From Vicugna vicugna (lineage: Eukaryota), in assembly GCA_013265495.1 (NCBI GenBank), contig MU058065.1, positions 6,944,302-7,008,301 of the forward strand: a stretch of DNA of 64,000 nt. The letters run 5' to 3'. Below, piece after piece: positions 1-12,640 of the stretch (position 1 is the stretch's first letter; every line of letters starts with the position of its first letter). The notes under the pieces were generated by a model. The model worked only from the letters and a program-made list of their open reading frames with translations. It searched no databases and was not told the DNA's origin. A program made the position numbers and the translations under genes.

Positions 1-1861
1 GGCTCTGGGAAGCCTTACTGGACGATTGGCCTAGGGCTGGCCAAGGCCTCGTGGGAACACACCCCTGCTTTTAGTTGTGCTCCCCTCCGGGGCCCTCCCT
101 GCCTGGGGCCCCTGCACTCTTGCTTTCATTGCCAGCCAAGGTCCTGCCCTCTCTGAGCCTGGTCGCAAGCTTGGGACGCTGCTCTGCTCCTCTGATCCCA
201 ACTCCCTGGGGCTGGGAAAGTCATGCCCCCAGTCCCCGGGCCTTGTGTTCTTCCTCTCCTGCCTCTGCTCCTGAGGTCTCATGCCTCAGTCCTTTGTCTC
301 CTGGGAAGTTGAGAGGATGGGGGTACTTAAGTGGGCCCTCTTCCTAGATTTCTCCTCGAGATCCTCGGCATCTTTGAAGAGGCTGCAGCTGTTCCCTGGG
401 TCTCAATGTTCTCATTTGAGAAATGCCCAGAACAGTGCTTGACCGCGTTGACTGAGTCACCAAGAGGGATGTTTGAGGCTTAGGTGTGTGCATATGCATG
501 CACGTGCATGTGTGGGCACCCAGACTTTAGAGCTGCAGCCTCTGAATGTGAGTGAGGGCCCCACCAAGGTCCAATAGAACTTTCCAGCCCCTCGCCCCGT
601 GTATTCTCTCTCTGCTGTCTCTTCCCTTCCGGTATCTCAGGTTTCACCTCCACATCTTCACATCTTTGTTCTCTTTCCTGTCTGACTTTTCTCTGTGTCC
701 ATGTCACTCCCTTCTGCTGTGCCTTTCAGGACTCTGTATACATGTGTTATCCTCAGGGTCCTACCTTGTTCCCCAAGTCCCAGCCCTTCATCCTGATCCC
801 CTCAACCCTTCGTCCTTAACCCCTCAGCCCTAAAATCCAAAGACCTCTCCTCCCTCTTGACTCCATGATTGGGGGGCCCCTTTCTCTCCCAAGTTTCCTC
901 CAAAGTGCTCTGTGACTTGGGGGAAAGGAGGGCTCATGTCCTCCCGTCCTTTGTCCCAAGGATACCCCTCCTGCCCAAAGGCAGCTACAGATGCCCCAGA
1001 ACTCCTCCTAACGCCTGACAACTTTGTAGGGGTATTGCCCTCATGTGTGTTACTGAGAGTCCCCGTTTCTGAGCCTGTAATGAACACAAGGCTTTTCCCT
1101 GAGAAAGACGATCCCTGAGATGTCCCTGATCTATCCAGTGGCACTGAAAATATGTGATTTAAGGGTCAGCCATGAAGGAGGGTTGTTTGAGGTCCTGGCT
1201 TAGGAGATGGAAGACCTGGGTTCAAATTTTGGGTTTTCTTCCCTATCCATGGGGTCTCAGTGAGCCTCAGTCCCCTCATCTATGGAAGAGCAGCAGCAGT
1301 GCTGTCATTGAGTTGTGGAGAGGATGGGGTGAGATGAGGCGTCCAAACACCCTGTGGTGTTGGCGGGGGGCTCCTGTAGCTTCCCCATTGCCTCAGGCTC
1401 TGCCTGGCCGAGGTGCGCTCAGATGGAGGTGGTGCAGGGTGTGTTTGCCTAGCTTGGGGGGCCTGGAATGCAGGGAGGACAGCCTGTAGTTTAGTCCACT
1501 TCTCAGGATGAACACAGCCCTCCTCTCTTGCTTGTGTGGGTGGGTGTCTCTGAGGGGTCCCTGGAGATGGGAGACTGCCAGGCCCCTGCCAAGGCGTCTG
1601 TGTTGGTGGCGCCGGCTTCTGGGGCACCTCCAGGACGGCGCTGCGGGTGGGTGGAATCCAAAAGAGTGAGACACCGAGGCCGGAACGTGCCGAGGATGTT
1701 TGGGGCTGCTTATCTCTGGCCAAGAATGTGCTGCGGTATTATTAGCCGGCAGCCTTCTCGCCTTTGGAATAACCACCCGGGTGGCATGGCAGACACCTGT
1801 CCAGCTCTGCCTGCCCAGACAGCCTGCGGGTGCCTGCACTGAACCTCCTGTGGCTGGAGCT

Positions 1862-2180
1862 CATGTGTGTGCCTGTATGTATGTGTGTGTGTGTGCATGT
1901 GCATGGATCCACATGTACGTGGGTGGGGCATGTGCCTGTGTGGGTGCAAATTTGCATGTCAGTGTGGTTCTTTGGGGGCCTTTAAGCACTGGCATGTGTG
2001 TGCAAAGAGTGTGCTTGTGTATCTGTACTCATTTTCATGCCTGTGTGTACACATGGATTTAAGTGCATATACTTGTGTGCAGTGTGTAGGTACCTGTGCA
2101 CTCATGCGTGCATGAGCGTGTGCATGTATGAGTAAGTGTGAGTGTGCATGATTGTGTGTCTGTGTCTGTGTGTACCTGTG
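1862..2180. repeat. Degenerate (TG/CA)n purine-pyrimidine low-complexity tract
   Basis: About 320 bp dominated by TGTG and TGCA units. Confidence 0.8.
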
Positions 2181-2394
2181 CCTGGGGGAAGCAGGAATCC
2201 CCGAGGAGGCCTAGGGAGCAGGAGGGAAGTAAAGGAGGGGAGGCTGATGATACTACCTGGATGTGGTAAGAGGCTGGGAGGCTGGGTGCGGAGGAGGGGA
2301 CAGCAGGCAGGTGTGCAGGGTAGGCAGAAGGGGCTGCTGGGATTCTCCAGACTTGAGGTCTGGGCCACTCCCCTTGATTGGACTCTCCAAGGCC

Positions 2395-2600
2395 GCATGG
2401 TAAAGAGCCCTGAGGTCAACTGGCCTGAGTCCAAGTCCTGCCTCCATCAGTCACTAGCCTTGTGACTTTGGGTAAGTGACTTAACCTCTCCAAGCCTCAG
2501 TCTCCTCATCTGTATGATGGTGATAATAATAGTACCTGCCTAGAAGAGTTACTGGGGGACAAAAAAATACAGTGCCTGGAACATACTCAGAGCCTGATAA
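2395..2600 (+). mobile_element. MIR SINE
   Basis: Core TGTGACTTTGGGTAAGTGACTTAACCTCTCCAAGCCTCAGTCTCCTCATCTGTA..GATAATAATAGTACCT. Confidence 0.8.
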
Positions 2601-5600
2601 ATGATAACGCATCGCCATCGTCATCATGACCGTGGACCCCTCTGTCTGCCCTGCATCTGGCCTTTGCAGTCCCTCTCTGGCTGAGACCTTCAGGCGGGGT
2701 GGGAGACCCCCAGCTCATTCCGCTCATGGCATGACAATGAGACGGAGGCCTAGAGAGGGCGCAAGACTGCTCCAGGGTCACCAGGATGCACGGCGGAGCC
2801 GTAAGGACGGCGCCCCTTGGCTCTTGGTAGCTTTTTCTACCAAGAAAGGCTATCGAAGCTCTTTCTGCCTTGCTCACATTTCTGGGTTGGCAGTCTGTTG
2901 CCGGGATGGAGAGAAGGGAGAGTCTGGCTGGCTTTCTCACCCAGGCCAGCTTCTGCCGACAGCCCAGGGCGCATCTGTTCACCATGCAGCTTCTTACAGG
3001 ACTGAGGCTTCCACTCTCTGCCCTAACTGCCCACCTATGAGTCTTTGATTTTGAGCTCCCAGGATCTTACTGCAAATCCTGACTCTCAGATGGAGAGGAC
3101 TGGGGGCAGGCCCCAAGATCCTCACTTCCTCTCCTGGTCCTGCCTGAATAGCCGGCTCCGGACTGAGGTCCTCACACCTGGTTGGGCTACCCTGGCCCCA
3201 CCTTCTGCTCCGTCTTTGGCCAGACAGGAGTGAAATTCCTAGGAAGCGCCGGGGCCCGTTTAGACCTGGGCCCCCACCTGCCCGCCTCTACCCCCACCAG
3301 CACATCCCACATCCTCTCCCTTGGCCCGCCTAGGCCTCCCTTGAACTCCCAGGTGCCAGGACGGCTGCCCCACCTCCTCCACCAGGGTAGCAGGCCCAGG
3401 GTGTCGCCAGGCATGTGGGGGTGGGAGCGGGCACTTTGGCGCCTCTGTGTGGTGGGGTGGGGGTGGGCAGAGGCAGGTGGGATCTGCCAGGATCCCCGAG
3501 CCTGGGCAGGCTGTGATTGCCCTGGACGCCGGCCAGAGAAGACTTGTTTTTCACAACCACCACCAACTACCCGGAAGAAGAAGAAAAAAAAAAACCAACA
3601 ACAACAAAAACAACCACCAAACTTTTTTTTTTTGTGGAATCTGCTGTTAATGGCCGATTGGCTGTACATTATTAAACAGGCAGCTGGAGGTCTGCCAGAG
3701 TAGGATGCTTGAGCCAAGACTCACAGCCTGAACACAATGTTCCTAGGAAAACAGTCACCGTGGGGTCCCTGGGGAGGAACACCCAGAGGGAGGGGCTCCA
3801 GCTGTTGCTTCTCGCCCTGCTCATCCTCCCCACCCCAGCCTCTGTCTGGTCATCTTGTGGGGAGCAGGGCTGTGCTATATCTGGAGCCCAAGCATCCAGG
3901 CCCTGTGAGCCCTTTCCCTTCTCCCTGCTCTTTCCCTTTTCACGGTTATGTGGACAGCCTCCTGCTTCTGTCCCTGCCCAGTGAGCCCAGCACTGGCTCT
4001 CCTGGGGGCTAGGCTGAGCGTTGGGTTGGGAGCTGGACACCTGGTTCTGGGTTGATTCCGTTGAGTTCCTCCCTGTGGTGACATTGGGGTTCCCTACTTG
4101 TACCCATATCACTATAAGGATGGTCAACTCTAAATTCTCACCAACATTTTGTAAGCCCCATGGGGTGGCCTTGGAAAGATGCTGTGGTGATTGTTACCCA
4201 GGCTTTGTAGCCCTTCCTGCTCCCGTCCAGGTTCCATCGGTGAGACCAGGAGTCATTTCTCACCCAAGCTCTGCTGGGAGTGACTGGACACTGGATCCAT
4301 TCACATACTTTTGGACAGTCCCTCCAGCCCCCTTGAAGCCCACCAGGGTAAAGGTCAAAGGTCTGAAGGTGACTTCAAGTGGAAGAAACGCAGAGGGTCT
4401 GGAGTAGGGTGACCACCATCTTGGTGAAGCCAGCGCCATACTAGGTATGCGGACAGGAGCAGAGCGTGGGGTCTGTGTCATGCCAGGGCGGGCCCACTGC
4501 CTTCTGCACCATCAGGCTGCTGCTGGCACGTGTGTGTGTGGGGTTATGAGTTTGGGAACTGATCCTAAGGAACCTTCTCTGAGCCTCTAGAGATAAGATG
4601 GTGTCACGGTTAGGAGTACAACCTGGGCTTTGCTCCCATTGCCACTGCTTCTTTGCTGTCTTCTTATTGACTTTGGGCAAGTGACTTCGCCTCTTGTGTC
4701 TGAGCTGCTACAACTGTGCAAAGCAGGTTAGAATAACACCCACTCACTCCCAGGGCCGTGGTGCGGAGTGAATGAGCTTGTGCGTGGACGGGGCCTGGCA
4801 CGTGTGGAGGGTGCACTGACTGTTGGTGGTCCCTCCCACCACCATTCTGTGCTTCCCCTTCATGTTGCTCAGCGCTCTGCACGTCACATGTCTGTGCTTT
4901 GGTTTGCTCAGTGTCTCCTCATCCTCCAGACCCTGTACTTGGCTTTGACAGGGGCTTTGGGGCACAGGGCCTGACCCACGGCAGCACTCACAAAGCATTT
5001 GCTGAATGAATGGGTGAGTGAATGAACAAATGAAGGGATGAGGGCTGCCTGGTCAGGGACCAGAACCAGAGAAACAACTGAGCACCTAGAAAGTGGAAAG
5101 ATCCAGAAACTGTGGAGGACCGGGAATGTCCAGCCTGTGAAGCGACTTCTCTGAGAGATGGTGAGCGACTGTGTGTCTGCATGTGTATGATTTTTGAATA
5201 AAGCTTGGAAGGCATTTGTTCCCTGAGGCCGGACCCGGGGCCTCAGGAAGTAGGCTGCAGCCAGTGATGGGAGCTGCTTTGGCTGTGGGGGGAGCTCAGG
5301 GTGGGGGGTGAGCAGGCAGAGGCTGGTGGCACGCCAGGCACACGGAGAGCCCCGTGCTGTGTGGGAGGTCAGCTTGCCAGGTCCCTGCCGACTTGATGCT
5401 GCTGCTTCAGCTAGAAGAGTCACAATCATAGTCGATGTCTCTGAACGTCAGTTTCCTCATCTATAAAATAGGATCAATAATGGTCAATATCCATAGGGTT
5501 GTTCAGAGGATTCAAGTGAGTTAATATCCACAAAGCTCTAAGAACATGGAAAGCATTCTATAAATTTGAGCATTTATTAAACAACACCAAAATGATATAT

Positions 5601-6869
5601 CGGAAGAAGAGATGAATTGTGATTCGAGTGGGCGCGGTGATGGCTTCTTTGAAGGAGGATGTGGGGGGAGCATAACCGTACCAAGGGCTGCCCTGGACAG
5701 ACTCTGCACTCGGCACTCAAAGTGGTTAAGTGACTTGCTTGAGGTCACACTGCCAGTGGGTGGGTGGCCAGGCTTCGTGTGCGGTCTGTGCCTCTCCAAA
5801 GCCTGGACTCTCTTCCCTCCACTCCTGAACTCCAGCAGGGCGGGGCCAGGTTTCTCTGATTCTCATACCCTGGGAGGGGTAGCACCTCACTTCAAGGTGG
5901 AGCAAAATGATTATTATTATCTCTAGGGATGGAACCTAAGTCCTCAGGAGGGAAGTCTCCAGCTCTGTCCAACCCTGAAAGTGCTTTATAATTTAAAAAA
6001 AAAACGGGGAGAGGGTGAGAGTGGGACAAGGGTGAAAGTTTCGACAGCCCGTTGCCGTGGAAACCAGGGCAAGGAGAGATAGTCATAAGAGGAACACTGG
6101 AGGGACGAGGACATGTTAAGGAGAAGATGTTAAGGAGGAGGAATGGTGAGATGCGGGGTAACTTAAGGGGGTACAGGGAAGGGAAGTCGATGCACAGAAG
6201 GGTGAGGAGGTGGACGAAGGCCATGCCGGTGATGAGAGAGAGGAGGGAGCGGAACCCAAGGTTTGGCGGGACCTGAGCCAGTGGGCAGCTCCAGATTTGG
6301 GGCAAGTGTGGCTGGCTAGGGCCAGTCCCCACAGGTCGACTGGGCAGTGGCAAGGGGGTAGTTGTAGAGGTGGGAGGTCAGTGGACCAGTACTTGAGCCA
6401 GCCTGGGACAGCACGTGTAAGTTCAGCCACCAGCCTGGCTCCTTGCCTCTCCCAGCCTGGCTGGCTCGGCTAAAGGGCCGCTCTCATGCTGGGGCCAGCA
6501 GGCTCTCAGCTGACCTGGCCTTGTCAGGATGCTGCTCTGTCCTTAGCAGCTGCTCAGCCCCTGGCTGTTCCTGCTTCTTGGACATTCAGAGGCGAATGGA
6601 AAATGGTCCCAGGCTTCAAGGAATTCACAGAAAAAGGAGCAGAAAGAAAAAGGAGTGCATATGGGCAGTGACGTTTGCCCTGGCTTACCTTCCCGAGAGA
6701 GTTTTTCCAGTATTTGATGATACATGTTGTATCCTTTCTGTATCATCTGAAATAAAAATTGGACCCTATTTCTTTAACCCTCCTGTGCTTTTATTCAACA
6801 AATATTTATTGAGTGTGTACTGTTGTCCCCCTGTGGATGCTCTTTGATTTACAGAGTATAGACGAGGAC

Positions 6870-7345
6870 TTGACATTTCTGATGGTGTCTGAGCAGTGTG
6901 GAGTAGAGTGGAACCCTTACCTCCTTTGGTTTGGATTCTGTACTTCTATTAATGCAATCAAAAGTGCACATGCCTTTTAGGGGCAACCATAGCCTGCTGT
7001 CAGCTGAACTGAATTTCTGTTTTCACCAAATCTTAGACCTTTCCAAAGATTAACTCAGTTTTTTTTTTTTTAACTTTTGAGCCTTAATTCAGGACTCTAC
7101 CCCATGGGAAATGTTCCCTTGCTAATTTTGGCTTTTTTGTAAAGTCAGTTTTACACTTCGATTCAGTTTGGCATCTTAGCTTTTCCTTCTACTTTTTGTT
7201 TTCTTCGTGTACTTGGTAAACCTCCATTGTAAGTCTTCACCTAAGTTACTGATAAGTATGTTGGACAAGCCAGGGCAGAGGACAGAGCCCTTTGGCAAGT
7301 GAGAAAGTTGACATTGATCTATTAATCAACATCCCTTGGCTTGCT
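6870..7345 (-). mobile_element. CR1/L3 LINE fragment
   Basis: Blocks ACCTCCTTTG..TACTTCTATTAATGCA and AAGTTACTGATAAGTATGTTGGACA..GGACAGAGCCC..GTTGACATTGATCTATTAATCA resemble the recalled L3 consensus. Confidence 0.65.
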
Positions 7346-8337
7346 GGCTAGGAATCCACTCGGCTTTCTCTCTTGTCTCTAGGCATTTCAGCCTGGATCC
7401 TGCCAACACCTTCCTGAAACCCAGATAATCTGGGTTTGGGGATTCCCCGACCGTCCAGTCTCGGAACCTTATAATAATGGGTTAGGGTGGTGGATGTGGG
7501 TATGTGAGGCGATGGGGGTGTGGTCTCTCTGAAAGGATCCAGGCTGAGCTCTGATTATCACTGGGATAGGCTTAAGGGGAATCCTGTCCTGGAGGCAACT
7601 AAATCTCAGGGTCCTTCCAGCTTCAAAATTGCATTTCTCGGGGAGACAGGGATTCGTGTGTAGTCAACTGGCACCAGCAGTGACTCTTTGCCAAGGACCA
7701 TCATCTGCTTGGAAACGTGTCTGAGGAATCTTCTAAGGGACCTGAGAGGTTATCAGATGAGGAGATGAAAGCCAAGAGGGCCTGAGAGTGACCTTGGGTC
7801 ACCAAGACATCAGTGGCTGAGCAGGGCTGGAACTTGAGGTCCTGACTCCCAGTCTGAGGCTCTTGGTGCTGAATCCCAGTGCCTCTCCTGGGTGGAAACT
7901 GAGACTCCAGGAGTCTCCAGGAGGGGACGGCTGCTAGCATGTGTCTTGGGGACAAACTATTGGCAAGCCGCTTTTTTCTTGCTTTCCCTGCCCTTCTGAT
8001 CCTCCACCCTTAGACTACAGTGCAAATCTGAGAGTAGGAAGCTGGAATGTGGAAGACCTAGAGCTTTCCCTGCCTGGGGGAGTGTGTGGCAAAGGGCCTG
8101 AGGCATTGCTGCACTTTGAGAGATGCTGGGAATGCATGTAAATGAGATGCAAATAGGGGACTGCGGTGAGGAGGGGGTGCCCCTGCTCCTGCCTTGGTCT
8201 GGCCTGAGTGTTAAGGATGACAAACAGAAAAGGAAAGGACCAGTGACCTGGGCTGTGAAGCCCAGTTTTGGAAAGAAGGGAGGAAGAAGGGATCTGTGGG
8301 GCAGCAGGGTGGGGTGTGGCTTTTGGAATCAACTCTG

Positions 8338-8402
8338 GAGGGTGCCCTAGCCAGGAGGTCCCAGAGGGTGCCCCAGCCAGGAGGTCCCAGAGGGTGCCCC
8401 AG
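8338..8402. repeat. 26-bp tandem repeat x2.5
   Basis: Unit GAGGGTGCCC(T/C)AGCCAGGAGGTCCCA at 8338, 8364 and partial at 8390. Confidence 0.9.
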
Positions 8403-9907
8403 AGATGATAACATCCCAGGGGGCAGCCCAAACTCATCTGTAGCTGCAGGAGGGTGGTGTGATCAGAAGGGGAAGGGCGCAACCCAAATGCACAGACATT
8501 GACCACATGTCTAGGGTGACCCCCGAGGCCTGGGTCCCAGCCAGCTTTGTGTTTGGCGCAGCAGAATTCTGAGGCCCTGGGCCTCTCCCCTCAGGGTCTG
8601 TGGTGGAGAGGGAGGAAGAGGGTGAGGGCCAAGGGTGCTGGAGAGGGTAGCTCCAGCAACTCCCCAGGAGACCACCCCTCTCCCTGTCCTAGGAAGATTT
8701 AAGAAGCCATCCCCTCCCTGCTGTGTGTTTGTGGTCAACTGTCAGTTCAGAGGAGCTTCCCCTTAGTCCTGTTAAGAGCCTGGGAATCTGGCCTCTCGAG
8801 AGTAAGGGTCAAGTGACATGATGCCCTCCAGAGGGGGAGCCGGGGCCTGGCATTCCCACTTGTGCCATATGGTGACAGAGCCTTGAGTTGGAAGATCTGG
8901 ATCCAAATTCTGCCTCTTTCATCAGTTGCTCTGTGATGTTGGAGGAGTCCCTTAACTGCTCTGAGCCCATCTCTAAGACTGGGAGAAGAATCATAGTCAC
9001 ATTCCAGGTTTTAATGGGGATCTGCATGGAGAAACACAAGGGAAAGTTTGGGTGCAGGGCGGGCGTTTAAATATTGACAAAAATGAAATGAGGGAGCAAA
9101 TGAGATCAGCTCTGGGTGGACCTCCAGCCCCCTCTAGGAAACCTGGATTCAGTGCTCTTGGGCATTGAATCTTGGGCACTTTTCTTTCTCTTGACTTTCT
9201 CTTGGCCCTTTCTTCTCAGTCTTTCAGTAGCCCTCTCTCCCTTTCTGTAGCATCCCCGCCTCTCCTTGTAGCAATGCCTAATTCAGCACCTGGCCCCAAC
9301 ATGCACGGTTCATTTTCCCTCTCTTCTCAATGGCCTCTCTGTAGCTTCATGGGCGGTCCCATCAACCCCAGCTCCCTCTCCTTCCTCCTTCTGGGTCCCT
9401 GTTTCTGACTCAGTCTTTGTCCCACTCTCTCCTCCTGGTTTTTCTGCCCTCCGTTTCTCTAGCGTCTGTCTTCCCTTAACAAGCATCCATTGAATGCTTA
9501 TTAGATGCCAGGCACTGCCCTGCTCCTTTCTGGGTTCTGTGTCTCTCCTTGCCTCCCTGCTGCAGGCTTCTCTCCCTCCCATCCTCTTAGGCCTCCTGCC
9601 CTCCCTTCCCCCAGCTGCACTGGGCTCCAACACTGGTATTATTCAGTTTTATGAGAACCCCCTCAGGCCTGCCCCTGAATGGACCAACCACAACTGGAAC
9701 CAGATGTGCAGTCTTGCGCTTGGGGATGGGAGTGAGGGAGGGAGGAGGGAAGGGGCATGGGCTGGCTCAGGGAGAGGGGAGGGGGTTAGGGGGATGGGAG
9801 ATGGGAAACCCTGGGAATCCTGAGTTTTCAGGGCTAAGGGAGGAGGAGGAGTGGGGAGGGGAGAGAGAGAAAAGGGACTGTGTGGGCTTCTGAGGAACCA
9901 GTTCTGG

Positions 9908-9908
<1 letters not shown>

Positions 9909-9944
<36 letters not shown>
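9909..9944. repeat. (TG)18 microsatellite
   Basis: Perfect dinucleotide run read directly. Confidence 0.97.
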
Positions 9945-9946
<2 letters not shown>

Positions 9947-11659
9947 ATGGTGGGACTGACTGGGGAAAGTGTGTGAGATCAGCTGTGGGACAGCTCTTGG
10001 AAATAAAGGAAAAGGCTGCTCTTCTTTGAAATCCTCTAGTTCCTCTTAATTCCTCTGTGTGGTTTCTAGAGACTTGCTGAATTCTGTGCCCAGGTGCCAG
10101 AGTGGGAAGGCTGGGGTAGAGGGAATGAAGTTAGGGTGGGAGATGAGAGCAGCTGGAGGATGGTGTCTCTCAGAGCCCCCTGGATCTGCCGCAGACCTGA
10201 TGTGGGTGGGGTGCTCTTGGGGCATCCATGTACCAGTCTCATGGTCCCCATATCTTAGCAGAGTCAGTTTTTTGGTTTGCGATTATATAGCTTTAAAGAT
10301 AAAAGTCTGCAAATAATTGTCTTGGTACAGCTTTGTGCAGAATTAAGTATTTAAAAGGGAGGCTTCAAAGACAGGGCCTCATCACAGAGGGCCTCAAATG
10401 TCCTGCTGCAGAGCTTGGACTGGATATGGTAGGCGATGGGGACCTGGGACTATTTGAGGTCAAGCAGAATGATGGTGGGTGTAGGTTGGAAGCAGGTGAT
10501 GGGGAGGATGGGACTTCTGCTATTCTGTGACCTAGTAGAGGTTCCACTTTTATAGTCAACTCCCCCTTCCACCTCTAGAAGAGCCTAGAACCTTTCCACT
10601 TCCCTCCCCTGACTGCAGGTGGCCCAAGGTCCTGAGCTGCTCCTGGTCTGCAGAGGGTGTGTGGGTTAGGCAGGATAAGGCTATCTGGAGAGTTGGGGCC
10701 AGTGAAAGCTGGACAGGGGCCTGAGGAGGCCTGGGCCAGGTTTCCCTATGCAGTCTCAGAAGCATGTTCTGTGGGGCCAGGTCTTTCCCATCTCTGGGCA
10801 GCGCCAGAGATTGATTGAACTCATGTCACAGATTGAGGCCGCTGTCAAGGCTGGTAGGTTCTGAGACGCTGGAGCTTGGAACTCTGGGAGGCCAGACTCT
10901 TCCCACCTGGGCAGGGATGAGGCCATCTTGCTCTGGAGGCAGCGGGTGGATGCAGTGATGCCTCTATTCTGCCCTCCCCACATAAGGTCCTGAGAAGGTG
11001 CCCCTCTCCACCCCCTCCATCCGCCTGGGCTTCCCTATCACTGATGATAGGGGGTGGGGAGCAGCCCTCTAATGTGCTGATCATCCCAGTGACATGGCCC
11101 TAGATGCTCCCAAATCTTTCCTGAGGCTGTTTGTTCCTCCTGGGCTCCCCTGTCACTTTACTCTTTGGAAAATTGAAGCCTGGGGAAAGGTTTGGCTGGA
11201 TTCATAAAATTAGTGAGCATCAGAACTGAAAAGGTCTTGAAGACCTTTGGATCCAAAATCATTGGCCAGCAGGGGAAACTGAGTCTCAGACATGCAGGTC
11301 ATTGGCCCAGGACCTCCCACATGTCAAAGTGAAGGGTCTTTCAATCTCTGAAGGGCTGGGTGGTGGGAAGCTTGGCTCTGGAGACCATATAGGGTCAGAG
11401 TTGCTCTCTACGCTCTCCTGTGTGGTCTTGGACAAGTCAGCTAACCGCTCCAAGGTCACTTTCTTCAGCTAAAATAACAAGGGAGATTTGAAGATTAAGT
11501 GAGAGAGAGAATATTCTTTAAACGTCCGACATACCGATAGTGGACGGCAAATGACTTTTCCCTTATTAATCCTGTCTGCTCAAAATAATCCTGTCTGCTT
11601 CTTCACTTTCATCATTTGCATGGTACTCCAAACTTTTCAAATCACATTTCCCCCAATGC

Positions 11660-11850
11660 TTTTCATCGTAAAAAGCTTTTTACACATGGAAGAGTTGAAA
11701 GGATGATTTAGTAAACTTCCTGATTCTATAATGAACACTTCGGTGTATTTGCTTTATCACATTTCTATCTATTTGGCAATCCATCTTTTTTTTTCAGATG
11801 TATTTCAAAGAGAGTTGAAGTATGCATTCCCTTAACTCAGAGTTCAATTC
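11660..11850 (-). mobile_element. Old L1 (L1ME-like) 3' fragment
   Basis: AT-rich island with AGAGTTGAAAG, ATTTGCTTTATCACAT..CTATC and TATTTCAAAG motifs typical of old L1 3' UTRs. Confidence 0.45.
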
Positions 11851-12339
11851 AAATCACTTTTGAGTGTACAGTCACAAATGTCTAACCCAGAGCAGGGAAA
11901 AAGCAAGGATTGTTACCCCACATTTGCCAAATAAGGGAAAAAAAAAAACCAGAAGTGATATTCTAGGTCTCCAGTCACAAAGTGAGTTGGTAACAACATG
12001 AAGCAGAATGGTTTGTAAAACTTGCTATTTATTATTATTGTCTCACCAACCATCCTTCTTCACCCAGTAGCCCTTGAGCTGTTTCTCTGCAGCTCTGTCT
12101 CTTCCATGGGGTCCTGGACCTCTTGGCATCCCGCTCCCCTTCCCTACCTCTACCCTGCAAGCAAGCCCCCTGCCCCTCCCTATGGGTCCCCAGGGAGGCT
12201 GCTGGGCCAGTAGCTGAAGGAGAGAGGAGGCCACCCTTCTTGGCATGCCTTGCCCCAGGCGGACGTGCTCTGCTACCGAGCAGGCGAGCTGGGAGCTGGG
12301 CCTGAGTGCCCTGGCCCGAGTGCTTCAGGGGTTAAAGGA

Positions 12340-12430
12340 GGTGGCGGGGCGGACTGCTGGCCGGCTCCGGGAAGGGGGAAGGAGGCGGTGCGCCGATAGC
12401 CCGCCCGCTGCTGGGGGAGGGAGCCGGGCG
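12340..12430 (+). promoter_or_regulatory. TNS1: Internal GC-rich, TATA-less promoter of the short TNS1 isoform
   Basis: Local CpG enrichment with GC boxes GGGGCGG (12346-12352) and CCCGCCC (12400-12406), directly upstream of an ATG-free exon-like segment with a perfect donor. Exact TSS unknown. Confidence 0.65.
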
Positions 12431-12640
12431 AGCAGCGCCCTCGCTCAGTTGCTCCCAGCAGTGGCCCTGGGACCAGCTCTGCTCCCTGCGCCCTCTCCCC
12501 GCCTGGACACAAGGCTCACTCACGCCCTCCTCTCGGCAACCAGCTTTCTGCCAGCCACAGCTGCTGCCCCATCACTGCCCACTGCCCCTGTCCTGTGAGC
12601 CCAGACACCCACCCAACCCAGTGGCTTCTCTGCCGGAAAG
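12421..12640 (+). other. TNS1: Alternative non-coding first exon (5' UTR); start approximate
   Basis: Ends at consensus donor AAG|GTGAGT (12640/12641), contains no ATG, and has a TGA (12596-12598) in frame with the downstream TNS1 ORF. Fits my recollection of a human TNS1 transcript starting about 20-25 kb upstream of the VAAPC exon. Confidence 0.7.

Noticed and set aside
3182..3717. ORFs with poly-Lys/Gln or poly-Phe runs
   Set aside because: Translation of the A-rich and T-rich simple sequence.
8338..8402. CRISPR-like or other spaced repeat array
   Set aside because: Head-to-tail tandem copies with no spacers, in mammalian DNA.
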